IMG/VR virus record: IMGVR_UViG_3300032144_000025
Location: 1-43,398 of that record
Source: a virus
Direction: 5' to 3' (one strand)
DNA: 43,398 nt
The position numbers and the translations under genes were made by a program. Shown piece by piece: positions 33,583-42,338 of the stretch; the stretch's first letter is position 1, and each line of letters starts with the position of its first letter. The notes beneath the pieces are model-generated. The model was not told where the DNA came from and did no database searches. It saw only the letters and a list, made by a program, of their open reading frames with translations.

Positions 33583-33673
33583 CGCGTTGACGACGCCGGA
33601 CCGAGCCAAAAACAAGAGAGCCACACTACGGACCTAGCTGTTTTCATGGTGCGCGTGAATATTCGAGGCTGTT

Positions 33674-35722
33674 TTACTGAGGCAACGCCGTAATTCCACT
33701 GAGGTACAATTCACGTGAGCGTTCGTCCCGATTAATTACGTTTTCCTCCACCAGCCTCGCCACGACCTGTTTCACATCGAACAGACGCTTCCCAAGCTCC
33801 TTGGCCAAGTCGGCCGTGCGGCCGCGCCACCCTGTAGCAAGAAGGGTCACTACTGAGGTGGCGAGTGCCTCGGCCTGCGCGTCGGCCTGCTCCTCTTGGC
33901 TGGCCCCCACGGCGAGCGAGTAGCCTCCGTCCGCGGCCGGCCCTCGGGGTTGAAACACCACCGTCACGGGCTCGTCAAGCGCGCGAGCCGGTGGTTCGTA
34001 CCTGACTTTCCCCAGCTCCAACACCGGCGCCGTACGCGGGCTGAGGTCGGCCTTCTCGTACGTGATGTGTACGCTCACAGCGTCTGTGATGGCGCTCGAC
34101 CCACGAGCCGAAGTCATCCGTTCCGCCCGGTCTTTCTTGGAGTGGTGAATGACCAAAAACACGGCCCCGGTGGCCTGCGAGACGCGCCCCAGGAAGTCGA
34201 GCGGCTCGCGCACGGCTGAGGCGTTCTCGTCCTCCAGGAACGCCGCGCAGCTGGCCAGGAGTGAGTCCACGACCACCAGGGCCCGGCCGGCGCACGCCCG
34301 CACGAAAGCCGCGCGAGCCTCCGGCGACACGTCCCCGAGGCTCCAACGCGGGAAGCTGACCAAGTCGAGGCGGGACTCCGCCGTGAGGCCGAGCCGGCGG
34401 TACCGGCGCAGCGTCAAGTCGGTCCCTTGTTCGTGGTCTACGTGGAGGACTGAGCCGTGACGCACGGGGAACTCGCCGAGCAGCCGCGCGCCCGGCGTCG
34501 CTACGGCCACGGCTAGGTGTTGCACGAAGGTCGTCTTGCCTGAGCCGCCGTAGCCGGTAATCAGCGCCGGAGCTCCCGGCGCTAGGCACAACTCCTCCGA
34601 GAGCCACGCGATAGGTGGCGGGTCCCACGCGGCTATCTCACGAGCCGTCCAAACCCGCGCGCCGAGTAGTTCCGCCGGGCCGTCGCCGTCCGCCACCGCG
34701 GCCCACAACCCGTCCGGGTCGTCCGGCGCCGGGCCGGCCCCCGGGGGCTCGGCCGAGACGGCCCGCAAGACTTCTTCCACGACGTCCTCCGCCCCGGCGA
34801 GCCGCTCGGCCTCGAACGGTTGGCCCAGCTCCTCGGCGAGCGTCGGGAAACCGACTATCCGGTCACCCGCCCGGCGCTTGCGCGCGCCACGCACGGCGTC
34901 GTCTGCGTGTTTGCGGACCTTCGGGTCGGCCTGTCCGAACCAAGCATCCACGTACCCACGCACGTCCTCGTCTGACCACCCCCACTCCGCGAGGCACGCG
35001 CCAAGCGCCCCGGCCAGGCGGTTCGTCCCTTCCGGCCGGCTCAGCCACCGGGTCACTAAGGCATTCGTGCTTTGGCGTGACGGCTTGGTTACGTGTGTGG
35101 GCGGGACCCAGCCGTCGTCACGGGGGGTCGCCGGGCCAGGTTCTTGGAACCAGTCGGCCAGGACCAAGGCCTGGCCTCTCAGAGACTCCTGCCACACCAG
35201 GTCGTCGCCTTGCGTTGGGATGTAGACCGGTTGGCTGATGGCCCGTAGGTGCGCTCCGGCCAGCTCTCGCGGGACAACAGCCCGGCCGACCTCCTCGGCC
35301 GAGTAGTCTCTATCCAGCAACACCCACACACGCCAGCGCGGCGACGTCTCCGTGTGCGAATCGGTCGTGTGTGCGAAATAGGGCCACGCCGCCAGCGCCG
35401 CCCAGTTGGGACCCGTGGGCGAGTCGTCGTAGTCGAGCGCTATCAAGCGTGTCGGCTGCGCCGCGGCGTTGCTGCGAGGACCGGGGACCGGCGCCGCCAC
35501 CCAGTAGCCAGCAGCCCCTTTACTGCGTTGGTCAGTCGCTGCGTCTAGGATGTGCTCCCCGAGCGCGGCGAACGGCAACTCGACTAACTCACCTACAGCG
35601 CGCGGCCGCGTTACAGGCACCTCTGGGTAGTACGTGAACCGAACAACGGGGGTAGACACGCTCGACAACGTAGCACGCTGTGCACATCTTGCCAGGGCTG
35701 TGCCGCGAGACGAAGAAGCCAA
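33674..35722 (-). CDS. Bifunctional AEP primase-polymerase / RecA-fold (DnaB/RepA-like) helicase
   Basis: N-terminal AEP-like LIALDYDDSP and FAHTTDSHTETSPRWRVWVLL. C-terminal Walker A ITGYGGSGKTTF, Walker B ALVVVDSL and VFLVIHHSKKD. The start is uncertain, either TTG 35722 or GTG 35659. Confidence 0.75.
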   Translation of the reverse strand: MASSSRGTALARCAQRATLSSVSTPVVRFTYYPEVPVTRPRAVGELVELPFAALGEHILDAATDQRSKGAAGYWVAAPVPGPRSNAAAQPTRLIALDYDDSPTGPNWAALAAWPYFAHTTDSHTETSPRWRVWVLLDRDYSAEEVGRAVVPRELAGAHLRAISQPVYIPTQGDDLVWQESLRGQALVLADWFQEPGPATPRDDGWVPPTHVTKPSRQSTNALVTRWLSRPEGTNRLAGALGACLAEWGWSDEDVRGYVDAWFGQADPKVRKHADDAVRGARKRRAGDRIVGFPTLAEELGQPFEAERLAGAEDVVEEVLRAVSAEPPGAGPAPDDPDGLWAAVADGDGPAELLGARVWTAREIAAWDPPPIAWLSEELCLAPGAPALITGYGGSGKTTFVQHLAVAVATPGARLLGEFPVRHGSVLHVDHEQGTDLTLRRYRRLGLTAESRLDLVSFPRWSLGDVSPEARAAFVRACAGRALVVVDSLLASCAAFLEDENASAVREPLDFLGRVSQATGAVFLVIHHSKKDRAERMTSARGSSAITDAVSVHITYEKADLSPRTAPVLELGKVRYEPPARALDEPVTVVFQPRGPAADGGYSLAVGASQEEQADAQAEALATSVVTLLATGWRGRTADLAKELGKRLFDVKQVVARLVEENVINRDERSRELYLSGITALPQ

Positions 35723-35732
35723 ACGCGCTTAT

Positions 35733-36134
35733 ATGCGCGAATACCGAAAGAAAAACAAAGAGGCGGGGCGGTTGTACGCCAAGGCTCGTCGCGAGCGTTT
35801 GCGCGAGCGTATCCGCGACGAGTCTCTGGTAAAAATGAGACGACATCGCGGCGTGTTAGCGGCCACGGCCGAACGCCGCGCCGGTGTTTGCCCGGTCTGC
35901 TTGAAGGACGGGCCGCTGGTCCTAGACCACGACCACGCGACCGGCGCCGTGCGTGGTTGGTTGTGCGGGCACTGCAACAGAGCCGTGGGAACGTTGGGCG
36001 ACACGGCCGCTGGGCTGAAAAGAGCGTACGATTATCTTTTGGCTTGCGAGGCGCGCGAGGCGCGCCAAGATGAAGGCAACAACCAACCGACGCCCGACGC
36101 GGCGTCAAACCAGGAGCATTGTGATGTGCGGTGA
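35733..36134 (+). CDS. Endonuclease VII-type HNH nuclease, copy 2
   Basis: GVCPVCLKDGPLVLDHDHATGAVRGWLCGHCNRAVGTLGDTAAGLKRAYDYL. ATG 35733 is used. The ORF track start GTG 35634 would overlap the primase gene. Confidence 0.75.
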   Translation: MREYRKKNKEAGRLYAKARRERLRERIRDESLVKMRRHRGVLAATAERRAGVCPVCLKDGPLVLDHDHATGAVRGWLCGHCNRAVGTLGDTAAGLKRAYDYLLACEAREARQDEGNNQPTPDAASNQEHCDVR

Positions 36135-37140
36135 GACGTTCAGCAGCAAATTCACCCCCGACCAGAAGGCCGCTGCGGCCAAGGCCCACCCGCTCGCGCG
36201 GCCCGGCCGATGGTCCGTCGTCTACTACGCAGGGTCGAACAAGGACGACCCACGACACTTCGACGAGCACGAGCGTGCCTACTTCGACCAGGAGCCCAGC
36301 CCCTACAACGCCACCAGCCCCTACAACCACAACGGCTACGCCACGAAGGCCGAGGCCGAGGCAGCCCTGGGCTACGAGAACGAAGACCACGACGGGTTCG
36401 TCCTCCCTCCGCTGGAAGAGTCCGGTGACCACCGCATCCGCGGCGCGGTCGAGGCCGGGGAGGTTTCGCAGGAGGACCTGCTCGCTTTCGTGGACGCGGT
36501 TCTGAATAACCGCCAGGCGCAATTCGAGCCGCTCCGCGAGCGCTTCGCGGCCGCGTCTCTCGTCTCTCCCCCGCCGGCGCCCCCGGCGCCCAAGCTCACC
36601 CGTGCCGAGGCTGCGCAAGCCCTCGTCTCGGTGCTGGTGCCGGGCGGCGCGGACTCCGCCGAGGCGTGGAACCGCGGCTACGGCTCGGGCCCAGGCAACG
36701 CCGTGACTTTCCACGACTTCTCGGACGAGGACGACCAGCAGGAAGGCGAGCCGGTGTTCGACTCGGACGGCGTCGAGACCGACCAGGTCTACTACGCCTT
36801 CGACCCCCACCACTCGCGCAAGATTCACGCAGCGGTCAAGGCCTACTTCGAGGCTGAGGAAGACGCGCCGGTGGCCCCCGCGGCCGAGCCACGCCTAGGC
36901 CAGGGCCGGCCGAAGAAGCCGCGCCCCGCTGAGGCGCCGTCCGGAGAGGCCGAGGAAGAGCGCTGGGGGTTGTTCGCCACTCCGGGCGACGGTCGTGAGC
37001 CTGGTAGCCTATTCCACGGCTGGGGAACGGTGATTCGCACGCGAGAGCAGGCCGAGAAGGAGCAGCGCAGGCACGGAGGCCGCGTGGCCCGAATCGTCCG
37101 CGGCCCCGGTGGAGACGGCTGGGTCGAGAAAAAGAGCTGA
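36124..37140 (+). CDS. Hypothetical acidic protein with AT-hook-like GRPKKPRPAEA motif
   Basis: ATG 36124 is preceded by AGGAG 8 nt upstream. The motif lies at 36904-36936. Confidence 0.5.
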   Translation: MCGETFSSKFTPDQKAAAAKAHPLARPGRWSVVYYAGSNKDDPRHFDEHERAYFDQEPSPYNATSPYNHNGYATKAEAEAALGYENEDHDGFVLPPLEESGDHRIRGAVEAGEVSQEDLLAFVDAVLNNRQAQFEPLRERFAAASLVSPPPAPPAPKLTRAEAAQALVSVLVPGGADSAEAWNRGYGSGPGNAVTFHDFSDEDDQQEGEPVFDSDGVETDQVYYAFDPHHSRKIHAAVKAYFEAEEDAPVAPAAEPRLGQGRPKKPRPAEAPSGEAEEERWGLFATPGDGREPGSLFHGWGTVIRTREQAEKEQRRHGGRVARIVRGPGGDGWVEKKS

Positions 37141-37163
37141 CACCCACCCCTGCAGCCACCGCA

Positions 37164-37198
37164 GCCCCCGCCCCGCCGGCAAACCGGCGGCCGGGGGC
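37164..37198 (+). terminator. GC-rich hairpin (7+7 bp stem, CAAA loop) without a U-tract
   Basis: GCCCCCG CC CCGCCGG CAAA CCGGCGG C CGGGGGC, 24 nt after the stop at 37140. Confidence 0.3.
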
Positions 37199-37208
37199 TC
37201 GGGGCGTT

Positions 37209-37655
37209 GTGAAACGTCTCGACTATTCTATGTGTACCTGTGAGTTGTGCGGTGGCTCCGTCTCCTTCGAAGAGTCGCCGGACGGCGCCTACGTGTTTTA
37301 TGACGAGGCCGCGGCCGAAGTCACCGCGGCGCTGGAGGCGGCGCAGGCCAGCCATCTGCGCCCGTGCGGCGAGCGTGAAGCGCGCCTGTTGGCAGCCGAA
37401 TCCCGCGCCGAGGCCCTGCAAGCGCGCGTGGCGGAGTTGGAGCGCGAGGTCGAGAGCGCTGACGCGGGACGAGACTCTGCCTTCGACTTGATAGAGCAAA
37501 AGAACAATGAGCTGGACGCTGCGCACGAGGCGCTAGAGATAGCCGAGTCCGAGCTAGCGGACCTGCGCGGGCGGGTGAAGCGGGCGGAAGACGAGCTGGC
37601 CAAGTCGATTCATCCTGCGGCCCGGCGCGCACTGGAGGCCCTCCGTGGCCGCTGA
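37209..37655 (+). CDS. Coiled-coil protein with N-terminal CxxC
   Basis: MCTCELCGG followed by a long E/A/R/L heptad-like region. GTG start. Confidence 0.5.
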   Translation: MKRLDYSMCTCELCGGSVSFEESPDGAYVFYDEAAAEVTAALEAAQASHLRPCGEREARLLAAESRAEALQARVAELEREVESADAGRDSAFDLIEQKNNELDAAHEALEIAESELADLRGRVKRAEDELAKSIHPAARRALEALRGR

Positions 37656-39219
37656 CACGAAGCGCGGGGCGGACTGGTGTGTGGTGGAACTACCACGCGC
37701 CGGCGCCGGCGGGCGGGCGCTGTACTCCGTTTCTCCTAGTCAAATCAAAGACTTCGACTTCTGCGAGCGCAGCTGGTACCTGGCGAGCGTCGCTCGGGCC
37801 CCCGACGACGGGAACGCGGGTGGGCTGTACCTCGCCCAAGGCGACCTGTTCGACGAAGCCGTCCAGCGCCACGCGGCGAAGATGGACCTACACGCCGAGG
37901 ACTTGGTCGCCGCCGTCCGAGCCGACCCGCGGCGCGCACGCCCGAGCGTGCCGGAGGACAAATGGCCTGAGCTAGGCGCGCGCGCGGCTCGGATGCTCCG
38001 CGCTGTGGAGCGGAGCTTGCCCGCGCCAAAGACGGCCAGCATCCAGCGCCGGTACCGCGTGCTCGTGCCTGGGTACGAAGACCGAGGCGGCGTGGTCATC
38101 ACCGGCAAGACCGACTTGCACCAGCGCGGTTTCATCGTTGACACGAAGTCGACGTCCGACCGAGGCCCTGGCCGAGGGAAGGACGCCCAGTCCGAGCCTA
38201 ACGCGCTGACCGACGAGACCACCCCCGGCGGAAACATCAAACCCCTCCGAGACGACGTACAGGCCCGGGTGTACGCCTGGTGTGAATTCCACACCGACCC
38301 TTCGTTGACTGAGGTGAGGTGTCGTTGGGTGTACGCGAGCAAACCGTCCGGCGACGGGCGGCCGGTAGGGTGGCACGTCGAGGCAGTGTTCGAGCGCGCC
38401 GAGACGGACGCTTGGTTTGAGGCCTACGTGCGGCCGCGCCTCGACCGGATGGTCGAACTGCACGAGGCCTCGCTGATTGAGCTGGTGCCTTTCGAGGCGC
38501 GTGCTAATACAGATTCGTGCCTCCGGTGCTTCCGGAGGCTGCAGTGTGCCAACCCATTCGCCGGGGCCCAAGCGCCCTTGCAACCAGGAGCAGTGAGTCT
38601 AATGCCTACAGCAGCCGAAATCCGAGCCCGTCAAGCCGCCCGCGCCTCCGGCGCCGCGCCGGCCCTCCCCGCGCCTGCGGCGGCCCCCACGCTGGAGGAC
38701 CAGCTGCGCGCCTCGCTGAGTCCGGCCGTCACCGGCGTGGGCCTAGCGCCGCAAGGCCTCGACCCGGCCAAGCCAAACGTCGTCGACTTCTCGACGGTGA
38801 ACCGCCCCGTCGGCGTGGTGACGGCTACGCTCATTACCACCACCGGCGTGGACGTGACCGAGTCGCCGGCCGTCGCGCTCCGCGAGGCCATCGCAGCCGA
38901 CGTGCCGGAGGCCGTCGCCGCCGACCCTTTAGACTTTCCGGGCCAGCCCTTCGACCGGCCTGCGGAGTCTGCGGCTGCCCCGTCGTCCTCCGCGACGAGC
39001 GAGGCGCCGCCTGCTGCTTCGTCCGAGCCGCGCCGAGGCCGAGGCCGGCCGCGTAAGCCGCGCCCGGCGGAGGCGTCCGAAGCCGCCGAGCCGGCGCCGT
39101 CGGACCTGGTTGTTCGCCTCGAAGCCATCGCCACCGCCCTGCAGACCGTCGCCGACTCGGCCGACTCGGCCGTCCAGGTCGTCAACGCGGAGCTGCGGAA
39201 GCTAGGGGTGAAGCTGTGA
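37645..39219 (+). CDS. PD-(D/E)XK exonuclease, Cas4/RecB-like, with Fe-S cysteines and a C-terminal AT-hook tail
   Basis: GKTDLHQRGFIVDTKST (D...D.K) and QARVYAW (QxxxY). Cys in DFCERSWY plus CLRCFRRLQC gives the four-Cys pattern of Cas4/AddB. GRGRPRKPRPAEA lies at 39037-39075. Confidence 0.7.
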   Translation: MAADTKRGADWCVVELPRAGAGGRALYSVSPSQIKDFDFCERSWYLASVARAPDDGNAGGLYLAQGDLFDEAVQRHAAKMDLHAEDLVAAVRADPRRARPSVPEDKWPELGARAARMLRAVERSLPAPKTASIQRRYRVLVPGYEDRGGVVITGKTDLHQRGFIVDTKSTSDRGPGRGKDAQSEPNALTDETTPGGNIKPLRDDVQARVYAWCEFHTDPSLTEVRCRWVYASKPSGDGRPVGWHVEAVFERAETDAWFEAYVRPRLDRMVELHEASLIELVPFEARANTDSCLRCFRRLQCANPFAGAQAPLQPGAVSLMPTAAEIRARQAARASGAAPALPAPAAAPTLEDQLRASLSPAVTGVGLAPQGLDPAKPNVVDFSTVNRPVGVVTATLITTTGVDVTESPAVALREAIAADVPEAVAADPLDFPGQPFDRPAESAAAPSSSATSEAPPAASSEPRRGRGRPRKPRPAEASEAAEPAPSDLVVRLEAIATALQTVADSADSAVQVVNAELRKLGVKL

Positions 39220-39602
39220 ACTACCAGACAACCAACGGAAAAGCGTTGGCTCCTTTTCACCAGAAACCAGGCACGCCGGATGACGTAATCGACGCAACAG
39301 GCCTGATTGTCTGGGAAGTCGCCCCACACTCGATGCAGCGGGTCAGCTGGGCGAAGTACCAAGCCGAGCTGGCCCAGGCCGCCGCGAAAGCGGCCAGCTA
39401 CGTCGCGGCGGGCGGTGGCTACGCCGGCCGAGGCTTCGTGACCGTCGACTTCGACGCGCCGCTGGCCGACACCGTCCGTCCGCCGGCGCGCGTCGCCGCC
39501 GAGCCGAAGTGCACGTGCGGGGCGAAAGCCGCCGGCCTCGGCGGACACTCGTCCTGGTGCGACTCGGCTGAGGCTCGCGTGCAGCACGGGGGTGAGTCGT
39601 GA
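39216..39602 (+). CDS. Hypothetical protein (128 aa)
   Basis: GTGA overlap with the upstream stop. Confidence 0.5.
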   Translation: MNYQTTNGKALAPFHQKPGTPDDVIDATGLIVWEVAPHSMQRVSWAKYQAELAQAAAKAASYVAAGGGYAGRGFVTVDFDAPLADTVRPPARVAAEPKCTCGAKAAGLGGHSSWCDSAEARVQHGGES

Positions 39603-39829
39603 GCCGTCCGAGCCGAGCCGCCCGCCGAGCCCGCCTCGACCGGCGAAACGAGTACCAACGAGCGTACCGGCTTCGGCCGGGCCGCCGCGAGGCCGACGCC
39701 CTGGCGTCGCGCAAGTCGTACTGGCTGAGGAGGCGGGCGTCTGGCACGAAGTGGCTGGCGGATTGCGAGTGCGATTTTTGCACCTCCCTCCGATACGGAG
39801 ACTTCCGAGCCGAAGCGGTGAAGCCGTGA
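39599..39829 (+). CDS. Hypothetical basic protein (76 aa)
   Basis: GTGA overlap. Arg-rich N-terminus and CECDFC near the C-terminus. Confidence 0.4.
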   Translation: MSRPSRAARRARLDRRNEYQRAYRLRPGRREADALASRKSYWLRRRASGTKWLADCECDFCTSLRYGDFRAEAVKP

Positions 39830-39981
39830 TTGCGCTCCTCCGCACTATCGTGGGCGTGGTCTGCGTCGCCTGGGCGCTGTTCTGGGGCGCCACGTTCGTC
39901 GCGACGCAGGACCCGCTGCCTTTCGGCCTGGCCCTGGCCTGCGCAGGGCTGGCCTGGTGGCTGCTGGAGGACGGCTCGTGA
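39826..39981 (+). CDS. Small two-TM membrane protein (51 aa)
   Basis: GTG 39826 forms a GTGA overlap. Sequence VIALLRTIVGVVCVAWALFWGATFVATQDPLPFGLALACAGLAWWLLEDGS. Confidence 0.4.
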   Translation: MIALLRTIVGVVCVAWALFWGATFVATQDPLPFGLALACAGLAWWLLEDGS

Positions 39982-41441
39982 GCTTCACACCCCACGCCTG
40001 GCAACTTCAGGCCGCCGAGGACTACCACGGGCCTCTCGGCGGGGTCTTCATCGGCCTAGACCCAGGCGCCGGCAAGACCTACGCGCTCGCCGCCATCGCC
40101 CGCCGAAGCCGGCGTCCCCTCGTGGTGGCGCCGGCTTCGGCCATTCCGCAGACCAGACGGCAATTCGAGTCGTACGGAGTGGCGTGCTACCACGCCAAAA
40201 TAGGTGCCCCGCTGGGCCCCGGCTACGTCGCCTTCGCGTCCTACACCTGGCTGACGCGCGCTGAGCAGGAAGACTTCTTCGAGCGCTTCGCGCCGACGGA
40301 CGTGCTCATGGACGAATTCCACGAGGCGCGCGGGCTGGGTAATTCCGCCCGCAAGCGCGTCGAGCGCTACCTGGTGGCCAACCCCGCCGTGCGCGTGGCG
40401 GTGTCGACGGCGAGCCCCATGAGTGGCCGAGTCCACGACTTCGCGTTCGGGCTGCGCTGGGCCCTCCGGGCTGGCGTGCGCGGGCTCGTGCCGAGCCTGA
40501 CCTCCGGTCTCGACGCGCTCGACGCGCGCCTGGCTTCGTCGGCTGAGGCGCGGGCGGAATTCCGACGGCGCCTGGAGGAGACCCCCGGCGTGTACCTGGA
40601 CGTCGGCGACGTGGGCCGCTACCAGGGCGAGGTGCTCCTCCGAGTTGTCCGTCGTGAGCCGACGCTGGTGCTGCCCGACACGTGGGAAACGCCGTCCGGG
40701 TTTCTGATTGAGTCGGCCGCGCACGCCGCTGAGGTGGAGCGCCAGCTGGCCTGGGGATACTATCACGACGTGTCGCCGCGTCCGTCGGACGCCTACGTCG
40801 AGGCGCGGCGGGCGTGGGGGGCGGTCGTGCGCCGAGTCGTCGGGCAGGGTCTGTGCGACACGGAGTACCAAGTACGGGCGCTGAGGCCTGAGGCGTACGC
40901 TCAGTGGGCCGCCGCCCAGGCGGCTGAGGGCCCGTTGGCCGAGCCTGAGGCGGTGTGGGGTGGTGTGCCGTCGTACGTCGCCGGCGAGAATTACGCCCGA
41001 GACGTGCACGGCCTGCTCGGGCGCCCCGCAGGGCCGGCGCTGGTCTGGGCACACCACCATGCCTTGCAAGAGCAGGTAGCGTACCAGCTCGACGCCCCGC
41101 TGTTCCGCGAACACGCACGCGCGTCCGACGGCACGTACCTAGGCGACTACCGCGGCCCGTCGGCCGTCGCGTCAAACTCGTCCTGCTACCAGTCGCTGAA
41201 CCTTCAGCACTTCTCCCACAGCCTCTTTCTGGAGCCCGAGGCCGACCCAGAGTGGTGGAAGCAGGCCATCGGCCGCACGGCCCGCCAGGGCCAAACTGCG
41301 CCTCGGGTCACGGCCGACCTGGTTGTGTCGTGTCCGGCCGACGAAAGAGCCTTGCGCACGGCCATCGAGCGCGCTAGCTTAGTCTACGAGGCAACGGGCA
41401 AAAGAAACCCGCTGCTGCAATTGAAAGGAAAGGATTGGTAA
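39978..41441 (+). CDS. Superfamily 2 (DEAD/DEAH, SNF2-like) helicase
   Basis: Walker A GLDPGAGKTYAL, motif II VLMDEFHEARG and motif VI QAIGRTARQGQ. GTG 39978 forms a GTGA overlap. Confidence 0.7.
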   Translation: MSFTPHAWQLQAAEDYHGPLGGVFIGLDPGAGKTYALAAIARRSRRPLVVAPASAIPQTRRQFESYGVACYHAKIGAPLGPGYVAFASYTWLTRAEQEDFFERFAPTDVLMDEFHEARGLGNSARKRVERYLVANPAVRVAVSTASPMSGRVHDFAFGLRWALRAGVRGLVPSLTSGLDALDARLASSAEARAEFRRRLEETPGVYLDVGDVGRYQGEVLLRVVRREPTLVLPDTWETPSGFLIESAAHAAEVERQLAWGYYHDVSPRPSDAYVEARRAWGAVVRRVVGQGLCDTEYQVRALRPEAYAQWAAAQAAEGPLAEPEAVWGGVPSYVAGENYARDVHGLLGRPAGPALVWAHHHALQEQVAYQLDAPLFREHARASDGTYLGDYRGPSAVASNSSCYQSLNLQHFSHSLFLEPEADPEWWKQAIGRTARQGQTAPRVTADLVVSCPADERALRTAIERASLVYEATGKRNPLLQLKGKDW

Positions 41442-41981
41442 ATGTCAGACCTCAGCAAAGCACCCGCACAGACCACCGACCGCGACGCGCTGGCCATTCT
41501 CGGCTTCGCGGATTCTCTCGACGGGCGCCAGCTCGTTGCCGAGGGCGCGGGCGACCTGCTCCCCTATGAGGACGAGTTCGAAATCCTCGCCGAGCTGATT
41601 GAGGGTAAAGCCCAGAAGAATCACGATTCCCGTGGTTTCCGCGTCAAGCTCCGCGTCGTCGAGACCAACGCGCCGAACGTCGTCAAGCTGAACCGCGAGT
41701 ACACGTTGTGGTTCTTCGACCAGCACAAGACCCTCCCCAACCAGGTCCTCGCTGAGATGGTGCAGCAACGCATCGTCTTCGCGGCGACCTACGCCGGCTA
41801 CGACGGCGACCCGTTGGAGGAGCTGGCGGACGGCACGCCCAAGTTCAAAGCGGGGCCCACCCTGCTGGAGATGCACAAGGAGGTCGAGCCGCTCGGAATC
41901 AAGATGCGGTTCAAGAACACCTACCTTCGGACCACGCGGAACGGGAAGCGTCTGCACAAGCTCTCGTTCGAGATGGTGTGA
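41442..41981 (+). CDS. Hypothetical protein (179 aa)
   Basis: ATG immediately follows the helicase TAA. No motif. Its position between the helicase and the polymerase would fit an SSB-type accessory protein, but that is not demonstrable. Confidence 0.5.
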   Translation: MSDLSKAPAQTTDRDALAILGFADSLDGRQLVAEGAGDLLPYEDEFEILAELIEGKAQKNHDSRGFRVKLRVVETNAPNVVKLNREYTLWFFDQHKTLPNQVLAEMVQQRIVFAATYAGYDGDPLEELADGTPKFKAGPTLLEMHKEVEPLGIKMRFKNTYLRTTRNGKRLHKLSFEMV

Positions 41982-41984
41982 GTC

Positions 41985-42338
41985 GTGGCGCGCCAACCAA
42001 GAGGGTTGGCCGAGAGTTTTCGGCCCCGGGTGGATTCATCCTCCGGGGCCGATGCTTGTTGGCCTTGGAAAGGGCCCGTCCACCTCGACGGCTACGGCGG
42101 CCTGAAAGTCGGCGGTCGTCGCGGCCGGTCCCTTCGAGCGCACCGCGTCGCATACGAGCTGGAGCACGGCCCCGTTCCGTCCGGACTGTCTGTGTTGCAC
42201 ACTTGCGATAACAGGCTATGCTGTAACCCGCGCCATCTAGTGGCAGGCACGCCGGCCGAGAATACGGCCGACATGGTTTCGAAAGGACGAGGCTGGTGGC
42301 AACAAGGCGCTACGTTGCGGTCGATTCAGAAACGGTGA
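41985..42338 (+). CDS. HNH endonuclease (HNH_3-type), freestanding, directly upstream of the DNA polymerase gene
   Basis: DACWPWKG...DGYGGLKV...[52 protein letters not shown]. Confidence 0.8.
   Translation: MARQPRGLAESFRPRVDSSSGADACWPWKGPVHLDGYGGLKVGGRRGRSLRAHRVAYELEHGPVPSGLSVLHTCDNRLCCNPRHLVAGTPAENTADMVSKGRGWWQQGATLRSIQKR

Noticed and set aside
32905-33647. ORF extensions (239 aa and 151 aa) running through 33316-33647
   Set aside because: They traverse the hairpin, repeat and T8 region, and their translations are repeat-derived (GPSGFRAGS twice). This region is treated as non-coding.
35611-36828. 405-aa minus-strand ORF, and likewise 38631-40028 (465 aa) and 40056-41114 (352 aa)
   Set aside because: They are antisense to plus-strand genes with clear Endo VII, Cas4-like and SF2 helicase motifs. 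Their translations are Arg/Gly/Pro-rich shadows.
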